A stretch of DNA of 64,000 nucleotides from Candidatus Amesbacteria bacterium (GTDB taxonomy: Bacteria > Patescibacteriota > Microgenomatia > CAZETR01 > Amesbacteraceae), in the NCBI GenBank assembly GCA_963736875.1, contig CAVTQH010000002.1, positions 133,294 to 197,293 on the forward strand, read 5' to 3'. This document shows positions 30,632-40,493 of this stretch, piece by piece; the first letter of the stretch is position 1; the number at the start of each line of letters is the position of its first letter. Position numbers and translations under genes: made by a program. The notes under the pieces were generated by a model. It worked only from the letters and a program-made list of their open reading frames with translations, ran no database searches and was not told the DNA's origin.

Positions 30632-31783
30632 TTACTTTCTATCTCTCTTAAACAACTCCGCCGATACTTCATCCGCAAGCGGGTGGTTATAGATTCTTTG
30701 CGGTAAGTCCCAATAGTCCGGTAAACCGTATGCCTGGGATGCAGCCCGGAATGAATAATATAGTTCTCCCGTCCTGTTCTGTTGAAAAACATCGCTTTTT
30801 TTGTCTTTCAGCTGTTCATACACATAATGAAAAGCTTGTTTTATGCTTTTTCCGTCTACAGTCTCGTTCCACAAATCTAAATTGTATTTTTTGGCAATAA
30901 CAGCCATCTCACTTAAAGCAAAAAGATTAAACACCTGGTAGTCTAATGACATATTCCCTCTTCTTGTTTCCTCCGGCATTTCCCCGTCGGGGTTAATTTG
31001 AGTTTTAATTCTTTCTTTTGTTGATTCTAAGGCTTGCTTAACGACATTTTCCTTACCCAAAAAATCTGCAATATATGCCACCTGCACATCATAGAAAGCC
31101 CCATGATTATTAGGCATCGCCCTCTCTCCTCCCCTCTCTTTTTCATTTCCCGCATTTGGGTTTCCGATGCCTTTTTCACTTGTTAATAGCCAGTCCAGAT
31201 ATTGTCCAAACCATTTTTTGGCTCCGTCCAGAGTTACTTTATCAATCAAACCCGCCCTTTCCATATTCCCGATTCCCTCAGCTACCTGCACCAGTCCTAC
31301 ACCATCAATAATTCCCCAGAAGTTTCCGGTGTTCTCACCCGGCTTTATTGCGGCAAACTCCAGATTGGGAGTCATTCTTGTTTCATCATTAACAAACCAT
31401 GTTCTTATTGTGGACAAGGCGTAATTCTTGTATATTTCTTTCTTTCCAACATCCTGTGAAGCATTTACAGCCATGGAAAGAATATATATCGCGTTTTCAG
31501 CCGTTTTCAGTTTTTTAGGGTCCTGGTCATTTTCTACTTCCGGATTTAGCACTGTATCCCTCTGAACTGGTTTTCCGTTTACATCTAAATGAAAATATCG
31601 GGCTGATGATTCAAAGTTCCTTTTGTCACCTGATCTGGAATTACTTTTATCCGTTATGAGTGGTATCGGAGCAGTAATTATTTTATCTGCAGTGGTCAAA
31701 ATCTCGCTTTTTGTTGCCTTTTTTTCCGAATTTGAAACAGAAATGACATCTTTTGGCGTTTCTCCAAATTCACCCATAACCAT
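30632..31783 (-). CDS. Alginate-lyase/heparinase-like polysaccharide lyase (alpha/alpha-toroid), tentative
   Basis: 383 aa; NNHGAFY region resembles the NNHSYW motif of the alginate-lyase family. No obvious signal peptide. Confidence 0.35.
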   Translation of the reverse strand: MVMGEFGETPKDVISVSNSEKKATKSEILTTADKIITAPIPLITDKSNSRSGDKRNFESSARYFHLDVNGKPVQRDTVLNPEVENDQDPKKLKTAENAIYILSMAVNASQDVGKKEIYKNYALSTIRTWFVNDETRMTPNLEFAAIKPGENTGNFWGIIDGVGLVQVAEGIGNMERAGLIDKVTLDGAKKWFGQYLDWLLTSEKGIGNPNAGNEKERGGERAMPNNHGAFYDVQVAYIADFLGKENVVKQALESTKERIKTQINPDGEMPEETRRGNMSLDYQVFNLFALSEMAVIAKKYNLDLWNETVDGKSIKQAFHYVYEQLKDKKSDVFQQNRTGELYYSFRAASQAYGLPDYWDLPQRIYNHPLADEVSAELFKRDRK

Positions 31784-31825
31784 ATTCTACGCCAACTAAG
31801 GACAATCCTTTCTGCAGTTGTCGAA

Positions 31826-33982
31826 GTGCAGGTTCCTCCCTTGCTATATAATGGAATTATGGCTCGCAGGCGATCATTTTTAGGCCGGAAAACTTTTAAA
31901 GTGAAGCTCAAAAAAACCACGCTTCATTCCGTCGCCGCCGTCCTTTTATTTTCTGCCGCCGGTCTGATCTGGATTTCTTTTGTCCGTCAGGGATTATTAC
32001 TCTCACGTTTAAACTCGTTGCTTTTGGATCAGTTAGGGCTTGTTCCCGCTCTTTTTCTCCCTTTCCCTTTAATAGTCGGGGGTTTGATGATTACCAAAAT
32101 TAAGTCTTTTTTTGCCGAACCCCACGTCTTTATCGGCAGTCTGATTATCATTGCCGCTCTTACGGGATTTTTCCATGACGGTTTTTTGGGACTTAAGTTG
32201 TGGCTTAATACCAGCCTTTTTCTTTCGGAACCCGGTTCTTACCTGTTCTTTCTGGCCGGTTTGGGCATCGGCTCGATTATTATGCTGAATATTCCTTTCG
32301 AGGACCTGCTAAACGCCATAGTCAAAGTTACCGGAAAAATATCCGCGATATTTAAAAGAGACCGGCCTCTTGCCCAGCTGAAAATGTCAGGATTGCCCTC
32401 CGATAATTTTAATAAAAACCCGGACATTAAAACCACCGGATTGGTGGATAAACCTTCATCCAGGCCGCTTCCGGAAAAAACTGAAAAAACTCCTTTTCAG
32501 ACCCAAATAAAAACTCCTCAGGCAGCCAGCAATGCCCCTTGGCATTATCCTTCACTTTCCCTTCTCTCCGACAATGTTTCGGGGAAAGCCGACCGGGGAA
32601 ATGTCAACACTAATGCCGGGATAATCGAAAAAACCCTGGAGGCTTTTGGAATTACCTGCAAAGTAGTCGAAGTCAATTTGGGTCCGGCGGTGACTCAATA
32701 CGCCCTGGAAGTGGCCATCGGCACGAAGTTAAGTAAAATCAATGCTTTAAATAACGACCTGGCGCTGGCCCTGGCCGCACCCACCGGCCAAATCAGAATT
32801 GAAGCTCCGATTCCCGGCAGGTCCCTGGTGGGCATCGAACTGCCCAACCGCTCTCCGGAATTTGTCAGCCTGAAAAAAATTCTTGATGATGATAAATTAA
32901 AACATCACAAAAGCAAACTTGCCGTAGCTCTGGGCTTGGACGTCTCGGGTCAATCAATAGTAGCGGATTTGGCCCGCATGCCCCATGTCCTCATTGCCGG
33001 GCAGACCGGAGCCGGTAAGTCCGTCTGTATCAATGCTTTTATCGCCTCGTTGCTTTTCCGCTGCAGTCCCCAGGAATTAAATTTGATTCTTGTTGACACC
33101 AAACGCGTGGAATTAACGGGTTATAACGGCATTCCCCACCTGCTCGCTCCGGTGATAGTAGAACGCGAAAAAGTCCTTTCCGCCCTCAAATGGGCAATGA
33201 ATGAAATGGATAAGCGATACAAGTTGTTTTCTGAAGTGGGAGCCCGTAACCTGGAAGGTTATAACGAACTGTCGGGTTTTCAGGCCATGCCCTACCTGGT
33301 GATTTTTATTGATGAGTTGGCGGATATCATGTTATTTGCCCCGGTTGAAGTGGAAGACACCATTACCCGCATTGCCCAGATGGCCCGGGCCACCGGCATC
33401 CATTTGGTAATTGCCACTCAAAGACCGTCGGTTGACATTATTACCGGTCTGATCAAGGCCAATATCCCGGCCAGGATTGCTTTTGCCGTTTCCTCCATGA
33501 TTGATTCCCGGGTAATCATCGACCAGCCTGGTGCGGAAAAATTATTGGGCAGGGGAGATATGCTTTATGTTCCTCCCGATGCCGCCAAACCCAGCCGTCT
33601 TCAGGGAGCTTTTATATCCGATAAGGAAACTCATCAGCTCATCGATTTTCTCAAAAAACAGGGAGTGGCCCCCAATTATACGGAAGAAGTCACATCCATG
33701 CCCTTAAACCTGGGACGCAGATCAGGCAGGGGAGCCGGTCCTGTCTCTGAAGACGGGGGGAACCGCGATGAATTATTTGATGACGCTCTCCGTCTGATCA
33801 TCCAGCATGATGTTGCTTCGGCTTCTTTTCTCCAGCGGAAATTAAACATTGGTTACGCCAGAGCCGCACGGATTTTAGATCAAATGCAGCAATCCGGGAT
33901 AGTCGGTCCGGGTGAAGGTTCCAAACCCCGGGAAATCCTTATGCGCGGGTTGCCCGCAGATAACCCCGAACCCCAGCAATGA
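31826..33982 (+). CDS. ftsK: DNA translocase FtsK/SpoIIIE (TM domain, linker, RecA-like motor, gamma domain)
   Basis: IAGQTGAGKSV Walker A; gamma winged helix LIIQHDVASASFLQRKLNIGYARAARILDQM. A later Met at 31859 is an alternative start. Confidence 0.9.
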   Translation: MQVPPLLYNGIMARRRSFLGRKTFKVKLKKTTLHSVAAVLLFSAAGLIWISFVRQGLLLSRLNSLLLDQLGLVPALFLPFPLIVGGLMITKIKSFFAEPHVFIGSLIIIAALTGFFHDGFLGLKLWLNTSLFLSEPGSYLFFLAGLGIGSIIMLNIPFEDLLNAIVKVTGKISAIFKRDRPLAQLKMSGLPSDNFNKNPDIKTTGLVDKPSSRPLPEKTEKTPFQTQIKTPQAASNAPWHYPSLSLLSDNVSGKADRGNVNTNAGIIEKTLEAFGITCKVVEVNLGPAVTQYALEVAIGTKLSKINALNNDLALALAAPTGQIRIEAPIPGRSLVGIELPNRSPEFVSLKKILDDDKLKHHKSKLAVALGLDVSGQSIVADLARMPHVLIAGQTGAGKSVCINAFIASLLFRCSPQELNLILVDTKRVELTGYNGIPHLLAPVIVEREKVLSALKWAMNEMDKRYKLFSEVGARNLEGYNELSGFQAMPYLVIFIDELADIMLFAPVEVEDTITRIAQMARATGIHLVIATQRPSVDIITGLIKANIPARIAFAVSSMIDSRVIIDQPGAEKLLGRGDMLYVPPDAAKPSRLQGAFISDKETHQLIDFLKKQGVAPNYTEEVTSMPLNLGRRSGRGAGPVSEDGGNRDELFDDALRLIIQHDVASASFLQRKLNIGYARAARILDQMQQSGIVGPGEGSKPREILMRGLPADNPEPQQ

Positions 33983-34620
33983 AAACCACCGGCCTAGTTC
34001 TTCAGGAAGCCCGCCTTGCCCGGAAATTGGATGTTGAGGAAGTTGCCAAAATTACCAAAATCCGCCCGCAATTTATCCGTTGGCTGGAAGCTGACGACTA
34101 CAGCCAACTTCCGAATGCCACCGTGGCCAAAGGTTTTATCAGAAATTACGGACAGTTTCTGGGATTAAATGCCAATCATCTGCTGGCGGTATTCCGTCGC
34201 GATTTTGCGGAAAATCTCCAGGGTCAGATTGTTCCCCGGGGTATGGTGGAACCGGTAACCAAAAGCAGTATCTGGACACCGAAAAGCACGGTTATTGCCA
34301 TCGTGGTTTTTCTTTTCACCGTTTTCCTGGGTTATTTGGCTTATCAGTATTACCTTTTGGTCGGTCCTCCGGCTTTGGTGGTATCCTCCCCGCCGGCCCG
34401 TCTGATAACCGCTCAGAATACGGTAGAAATTTATGGCAGAACGGATCCCGAAGCCACGATTTCGGTTAATAACCAACTGGTCGCACTGGAAAAAGGAGGC
34501 CAGTTTTTTGTGCGTATACCGTTGGTCGCCGGACCCAATCATATTTCTGTTACCGCCGCGAATAAATCCGGCAAAACCACGACCGTCAATCGGATTGTCA
34601 CCTTGACTTCCTCCCCGTAA
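33979..34620 (+). CDS. RodZ-like protein: XRE-type HTH, one TM, DUF4115-like C-terminal domain
   Basis: N-terminal LQEARLARKLDVEEVAKITKIRPQFIRWLE; TM IAIVVFLFTVFLGYLAY. Confidence 0.55.
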   Translation: MKTTGLVLQEARLARKLDVEEVAKITKIRPQFIRWLEADDYSQLPNATVAKGFIRNYGQFLGLNANHLLAVFRRDFAENLQGQIVPRGMVEPVTKSSIWTPKSTVIAIVVFLFTVFLGYLAYQYYLLVGPPALVVSSPPARLITAQNTVEIYGRTDPEATISVNNQLVALEKGGQFFVRIPLVAGPNHISVTAANKSGKTTTVNRIVTLTSSP

Positions 34621-34650
34621 TTATTTACGCTTGTTGCCAATTACATATCC

Positions 34651-34992
34651 ATGACAATCTTTATCCAACTTCTATTAGCGGCAATCATCACCGCTCTGGC
34701 TTTTCTGATGTCTCTGGTCGGTATTCAGGTTTTTCATATTTTACATGAATTCCGTCTGACTTTAAAAAAAGTTAATCGGATTTTGGACCATACCCAGACC
34801 TTGTCGGACGCGGCATCCCGCCCTGTCGCCGCCGTTAATCAGTTTTTTACCGATGTCAAAGATCTGGTTAACGAAACCCAGGATGAAATTATTGACAATA
34901 CCCCTGATAAAGTTATCAGGCCGCCTCAGCAGAAAGAGAAATTCCATCAGCGCTTCTTTCACCGTTCCGGATTACCCCTGCGTCCTTCATGA
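34651..34992 (+). CDS. Hypothetical membrane-anchored protein (DUF948-like: N-terminal TM plus helical region)
   Basis: 113 aa; single N-terminal TM. Confidence 0.35.
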   Translation: MTIFIQLLLAAIITALAFLMSLVGIQVFHILHEFRLTLKKVNRILDHTQTLSDAASRPVAAVNQFFTDVKDLVNETQDEIIDNTPDKVIRPPQQKEKFHQRFFHRSGLPLRPS

Positions 34993-35974
34993 AAGAGTTT
35001 ATTTCTCTTTTACCTTTTTTTCTTTCCCTTATTTTCCAAAATCCTGATAAATTACCCGCTTCAGTCTCTTTTACCGTCGGCGGGGATATGATGTTTGACC
35101 GGCTGATAACCAAAAACTTACCCCGGCGATAATCTGCCCCGGGTTTTATCCCGGCTTAAGGATTCACCGCCTTTTACCGATACCGATGCCGTATTGATAA
35201 ATCTTGAAGGCCCTATTAGTGAAAAACAACTGCAATCAGACACAAATCCCGATCGTCTGATCTTTAATTTCCCCCCGGAAACAGTCAGCGCTCTTAAATA
35301 CCTGGGAATAAACGGAGTCAGTCTGGCCAATAATCACACTTCAAACGCCGGTATCAAAGGATTGTCTTATACCAGAGAAATTCTTATCAAGTCCGGAATT
35401 ACTCCGATTGGCGGACCAAATTCAGGGGATCCGTTACAAATAGCCACCTTTTCGGGAACCGGACTGAATCTTGTAGTTATCGCAGTCAATACTTTTTCTC
35501 ATCCTGTCGACATTACATCCCTGATCAGGCAAATCAAATCACAACCCGGTAACCGGGTATTGGTTTTTCCCCATTGGGGGGTGGAGTATCAGATTACCCA
35601 CTCACTCAAGTCAGCAAAAACTGGCTTACTCCTGGATTGATGCCGGAGCCGACTTGATTGTTGGTTCCCACCCTCATGTTATTCAGGACACCGAAGTCTA
35701 TAAAAACCGCCCGGTTATTTATTCCGTCGGGAACCTGCTTTTTGATCAGACTTTTTCTCCTGCCACTCAAATCGGCCTGATTATCACCGGGATTTTTACT
35801 CCCCGGGGTTTGGAGTTGTCTGCCGCTGCGGTAAAATCCGTAAACCTTCAGCCGGAAATTTTAACCGGGACGGAAAAACAAACTATCCTCGACCGTTTTT
35901 ATCAGCCGTTTACGCCTTTTCTGGACACCTCTTCCGCCGAAATCAAAGCGTTTTTTCCCGATCCGGAAAAATAA
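34989..35974 (+). CDS. CapA/PgsA-family metallophosphatase-fold protein, broken into three ORFs by two +1 frameshifts in A5 runs (35112-35116, 35616-35620)
   Basis: Pieces: MKEF..GGDMMFDRLITKNL; DNLPRVLSRL..NLEGPI..ANNHTSNAG..FPHWGVEY; AYSWIDAGADLIVGSHPHV..YSVGNLLFDQ. Confidence 0.6.
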
Positions 35975-36014
35975 ACCATTGCACCGGTAAATCTGAAATG
36001 GCATATTACTGGTA

Positions 36015-36521
36015 GTGCGGATCTTAATTAAAATCCTGGAATTTATATTAATAGTATTGTGTCTGGCGGGTTTGACCTGGGGCATATATTACCTGCTGAC
36101 TTTTCGTTCACCGGCATCAACCAGGGTCGAATCACAAAATAATGTCGTAGTCATAGCTGCCACCGCCCCGTTTCAATTACTGGCAACTTACCCCAACGGC
36201 CAAAAAACCGGCTTTGATCCCGAAACGAATAAGGAAATCATCACAATTCCCGGGTCAAAGTATTATTTCAAATCCGAAGAGCCCGTTCCCGAGCCGGGAT
36301 CTTATTGGTTGGGATTAACCGATCCGCCCGATAAGTTTCAGCTGCAGGTAATCGGTGAGCCTGCGGGTGAGTTCGGTTTTGGAATTTATGTCTATCGTAA
36401 TAACCGGCAGCTTCAGGAAACTTTTTCGGGAAAAATCACCGCCAAAAACTCCGCCGTTTATGAAATAAAATCCGCTCCGGCAGGAAAATCTTTTCCCTTG
36501 GAGGTCACTTTAATTAAGTAG
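36015..36521 (+). CDS. Hypothetical N-terminally anchored or secreted protein
   Basis: 168 aa; N-terminal TM/signal then beta-rich region. Confidence 0.4.
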   Translation: MRILIKILEFILIVLCLAGLTWGIYYLLTFRSPASTRVESQNNVVVIAATAPFQLLATYPNGQKTGFDPETNKEIITIPGSKYYFKSEEPVPEPGSYWLGLTDPPDKFQLQVIGEPAGEFGFGIYVYRNNRQLQETFSGKITAKNSAVYEIKSAPAGKSFPLEVTLIK

Positions 36522-36546
36522 TTCAGTCTTCTGCTAAAATTACCTC

Positions 36547-38355
36547 ATGCTGACAGGTAACCAGTTACGCCAGAAATATCTGGATTTTTTTGTCAGGAAA
36601 GGTCATGCGGTCATTCCCTCTGCCCCCCTTGTTCCCGAAAACGATCCCACAACTTTGTTTACCAGCTCCGGCATGCAGCCTCTTATTCCGTATCTTCTGG
36701 GTCAACCCCACCCTTTGGGTAAACGTCTGGTAAACAGCCAAAAATCTTTCAGGTCACAGGACATTGATGAGGTGGGGGACAGCCGCCACACCACTTTTTT
36801 TGAAATGCTGGGAAACTGGTCATTGGGGGACTATTTTAAAAAAGAGCAATTAAACTGGTTTTTCGAATTTCTGACCAAAGAGCTGGGACTTGATCCGCAA
36901 AAGCTCTGTGTCTCGGTATTTTCAGGCAATCAGTCCGTCCCCAAAGATTTGGAATCGCTCTCAATTTGGGAATCATTGGGTTTTCCAAAAGACCGCATCT
37001 TTTTTTATGACGTTAAAAAAAATTGGTGGTCCCGTTCCGGTGAACCCGGCAAAATGCCTGCCGGAGAACCCGGCGGTCCGGACTCCGAAGTCTTTTATGA
37101 TTTCGGACCGGATTTAAAACTTCACGAAAATTCAATCTGGAAAGATCAAAAGTGCCACCCCAACTGTGATTGCGGCCGGTTTATGGAAATCGGCAACTCC
37201 GTCTTTATGCAGTATCAAAAACAGGCTGACGGATCTTTAAAGGAACTTCCCCAAAAAAATGTGGATTTCGGCGGGGGACTGGAACGCACTCTGGCTGCAG
37301 TCCGGAATACTCCGGATATTTTTCAGACGGATTTATTCTCCCCGATTATTAATTCCATCGAAGAGTTTTCACAAAAGAAATACTCGGACATTAAAAACCA
37401 AGCTTCCATGCAGATTATTGCCGATCACATCAAAGCCTCGGTAATGTTAACCGCCGACGGGGTAGTCCCGTCAAATAAAGCCCAGGGTTACATGCTCAGA
37501 CGGTTGATAAGACGTGCCGCCGTTAAAATGCAAAAATTAACAGACAAACCGGTCGCGGAGTTTGGTAAACAGATTTGTTTGTCTGCAGGACGGATTTATC
37601 AGGATATATATTTAAGCAAAGAGCAAATATCTGATGTTTCAATAATTATCAGTGGGGAGGTTGATAAATTCGACCGGGTATTAAGCCGGGGTTTAAAAGA
37701 AATTTCCAAATACCCGGAAATTAACGGAAAAATCGCCTTTGATTTACTGCAGTCATGGGGTTTCCCTTGGGAATTGACTTACGAAATTGCCACCGAACAG
37801 GGTCAGCATCCGGATATCAAAGAATTTCAGGCCGAATTTACCAGACACCAGGAATTATCCCGTACCGCATCCAAAGGCATGTTCAAAGGAGGGCTTGAGG
37901 ATAAATCGGAGACTGTTACCAAATATCACACGGCTACCCATTTATTGCACAAAGCCCTGCGTGAGATTTTAGGCGATCACATTCAGCAAAAAGGCAGCAA
38001 TATTACCGCCGAAAGGTTGCGTTTTGACTTTTCTCATCCTGAAAAACTGACTCCCGGACAGATCCAAAAAGTTGAGGACATAGTCAACAAAAAGATTGAG
38101 GAAAATTTACCGGTTATCCGTGAGGAGTTGTCCAAAAATGAAGCTTTAAAAGAGGGTGCTTTGGCTTTTTTTGTGGAGAAATATCCTGATGTTGTCAGTG
38201 TCTATACCATCGGTTCAAAAAATAATTGGTACAGCAAGGAACTGTGCGGCGGACCCCATGTGGGCTCGACTGGGGAAATCGGGCGTATTAAGATAATGAG
38301 GGAGGAGTCTGCCGGCTCCGGTATTCGCCGCCTCTATGCCCGAATTAATCCATGA
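36547..38355 (+). CDS. alaS: Alanyl-tRNA synthetase (catalytic, tRNA-recognition and editing domains; lacks C-Ala domain)
   Basis: FTSSGMQPLIPYLLG, HTTFFEMLGNWSLGDYFK, editing HxxxH and CGGPHV. Confidence 0.9.
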   Translation: MLTGNQLRQKYLDFFVRKGHAVIPSAPLVPENDPTTLFTSSGMQPLIPYLLGQPHPLGKRLVNSQKSFRSQDIDEVGDSRHTTFFEMLGNWSLGDYFKKEQLNWFFEFLTKELGLDPQKLCVSVFSGNQSVPKDLESLSIWESLGFPKDRIFFYDVKKNWWSRSGEPGKMPAGEPGGPDSEVFYDFGPDLKLHENSIWKDQKCHPNCDCGRFMEIGNSVFMQYQKQADGSLKELPQKNVDFGGGLERTLAAVRNTPDIFQTDLFSPIINSIEEFSQKKYSDIKNQASMQIIADHIKASVMLTADGVVPSNKAQGYMLRRLIRRAAVKMQKLTDKPVAEFGKQICLSAGRIYQDIYLSKEQISDVSIIISGEVDKFDRVLSRGLKEISKYPEINGKIAFDLLQSWGFPWELTYEIATEQGQHPDIKEFQAEFTRHQELSRTASKGMFKGGLEDKSETVTKYHTATHLLHKALREILGDHIQQKGSNITAERLRFDFSHPEKLTPGQIQKVEDIVNKKIEENLPVIREELSKNEALKEGALAFFVEKYPDVVSVYTIGSKNNWYSKELCGGPHVGSTGEIGRIKIMREESAGSGIRRLYARINP

Positions 38356-40493
38356 ACCTGCCTTTTTTTAAAAAAATCTCTTCCGGTCCCAAGCGGGAAT
38401 ACCTGTTTTCACTGGAAATCGGCTATGAAACGGTCAGAAGCGCCATCTGGACCGTTGCCAACGACCGGACTCAGGTTCTGACTATCGGTAAAACCATCAG
38501 CTGCACTCCCGCAATTGCCGAAAACCTGATTGCCGCCTGCGACCAGACTCTCACCGACTGTACCGGAAAACTTGATTCCACGGGTAAAATTCAGCCCGAA
38601 AAAGTGATTTTAGGTCTTCCTGTAAGCTGGGTACTGCAGGATAAAATTGAACCGGATAAGCTTCACTTACTGCGTGATTTAACCCAAAAACTATCATTGT
38701 CAGCCGTCGGTTTTGTCGTTACTCCCCAGGCACTGGTCAGATATCTGCAGCATACCGAAGGGGTTCCGCCCACGGCCATTCTCATCGGTTTTTGGCAAAA
38801 CACCATCGAAGTCACCCAGGTCCGTCTGGGCAAAATCGAATCTGCCCAAATGGTTAAAAGAAGCAACAAAGCTGCTGCTGATGTGATCGAAGGACTGTCC
38901 CGTCAGGGATCAACCGGCATGCTGCCGTCCAGAATGCTTTTATATGACGCGGATTCCGATTTGGAAAGCATAAAACAAAACCTGCTGGCTTTTCCCTGGC
39001 AGGCTCCTCAAACCAAATTACCTTTTCTCCATTTTCCCAAAATTGAAATTCTTCCGTCAGACTTTTCAGTTAAAGCCATCAGTCTGGCAGGGGGAAGTGA
39101 AGTGGCTCAGGCCATTGGTTTGATAACCCAGGCCCCCCCGGAAACACCATCCCCGGAAACCCCGGTCATATCAGCCACACCCGAGGACTTGGGTTTTGTG
39201 TCCGAGCAAGACATTGCTACTCTGCCGGAAACTTCCCCGCCTCCTTCCCCGGAGCCGCCGGTTGAAACAGCACCATTACCCCAAAAGGTTACCCTTCCTA
39301 AATTTAAACTGCCTTCCCTTCACATTCATTTTCCCCGGTTTACCGGATCTTTGAAACTAATCGCCTTAATCATCATCTTATTACTGGTCTTGGCGGGTTT
39401 GGGATCCGCATATTGGTTTCTTCCCAAAGCGACGGTCACGATTTCGGTTGATCGGAAATCACTGCAGAATGAACTTAATATTACTGCCGATTCGGCGGTT
39501 ACCTCTCTTGACCTGGAAAAGCGTCTTTTACCCGTTTCGGTAATCAATACCGAAGTTTCCGGGCAAAAAAGCAAAACCGCGACGGGTAACGTTCTGACCG
39601 GAGAAAAAGCCGCAGGGGAAGTAACCGTGATTAACGGAACTTCTTCTCCCCGGACTTTTCCCGCCGGCACACAAATTACTTCTCCTTCCGGTCTGATATA
39701 TTCCTTTAACTCGGCAGTCGAAGTCGCCTCCGCATCAGGTACGGCGGATCCGAATTCTTACCAGCCGGGCAAAGCCACTGTCAAAATCACCGCCAACATT
39801 ATCGGAAGTGACAGTAATCTCTCAGCCGGAACCCAGTTTAAAATCGGGACTTTTTCTGCCATGGACTACGTGGCCAGAAATGATGCGGCTTTCAGCGGGG
39901 GATCAAGCCGTCAGGTGGCTGCTGTTTCCAAATCGGATATTTCCGATTTGAGGTCTCAGTTAACCACCCAGCTTCAGGAGCAGGCCAAAGCGGATCTTTT
40001 GGCCAAAAAAACCTCCGGCTTTGAAATAATTAATGAGTCAATAAAATACACCCCGGCTGCCGAAAAATTCAATCATGCCGCTGACGAAGTGGCTTCCGAA
40101 GTCAGTTTGAACTTGTCGATGCGGGCAAGTGTATATGAATTTGCCTCATCTGACCTGGAAAAATTGGTTACTGCCGGGATTGAATCTCTCATCCCTCCTG
40201 ATTATCAGCTTTCCGGCAATCCCGAATATTTATTTACCATCGGCAGCATTAAGGATAAACAAACCCAACTTACGGTTCAGGTTACGGCTTCGCTTTTACC
40301 CAGGTTAAACCAGGACCAAATCATTCAGAATATTTCGGGCAAATTCCCGGAAGCGGTCAAAGACTACCTGACCGGCCTTCCCGGTGTATCCCGGGTCAAT
40401 TTTCAGTTCTCTCTTCCCCTGCCCCGTCAGATATTAACTCTTCCTCATATTTCCTCAAATATCAAAATAGTTATTGAACCCGGCAACCAATGA
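38352..40493 (+). CDS. Large novel membrane protein: cytoplasmic FtsA/PilM-like actin-fold domain with degenerate phosphate motifs, Pro/Thr-rich linker, one TM, about 350 aa extracellular domain
   Basis: LEIGYETVRSAIW (phosphate-1-like), ILIGFWQNTIEV (phosphate-2-like without Asp), ISLAGGSEVAQAIGL (adenosine motif); PETPSPETP..SPPPSPEPP linker; TM LKLIALIIILLLVLAGLGSAYWF. Start overlaps the alaS stop; stop overlaps the sortase start. Confidence 0.45.
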   Translation: MNLPFFKKISSGPKREYLFSLEIGYETVRSAIWTVANDRTQVLTIGKTISCTPAIAENLIAACDQTLTDCTGKLDSTGKIQPEKVILGLPVSWVLQDKIEPDKLHLLRDLTQKLSLSAVGFVVTPQALVRYLQHTEGVPPTAILIGFWQNTIEVTQVRLGKIESAQMVKRSNKAAADVIEGLSRQGSTGMLPSRMLLYDADSDLESIKQNLLAFPWQAPQTKLPFLHFPKIEILPSDFSVKAISLAGGSEVAQAIGLITQAPPETPSPETPVISATPEDLGFVSEQDIATLPETSPPPSPEPPVETAPLPQKVTLPKFKLPSLHIHFPRFTGSLKLIALIIILLLVLAGLGSAYWFLPKATVTISVDRKSLQNELNITADSAVTSLDLEKRLLPVSVINTEVSGQKSKTATGNVLTGEKAAGEVTVINGTSSPRTFPAGTQITSPSGLIYSFNSAVEVASASGTADPNSYQPGKATVKITANIIGSDSNLSAGTQFKIGTFSAMDYVARNDAAFSGGSSRQVAAVSKSDISDLRSQLTTQLQEQAKADLLAKKTSGFEIINESIKYTPAAEKFNHAADEVASEVSLNLSMRASVYEFASSDLEKLVTAGIESLIPPDYQLSGNPEYLFTIGSIKDKQTQLTVQVTASLLPRLNQDQIIQNISGKFPEAVKDYLTGLPGVSRVNFQFSLPLPRQILTLPHISSNIKIVIEPGNQ

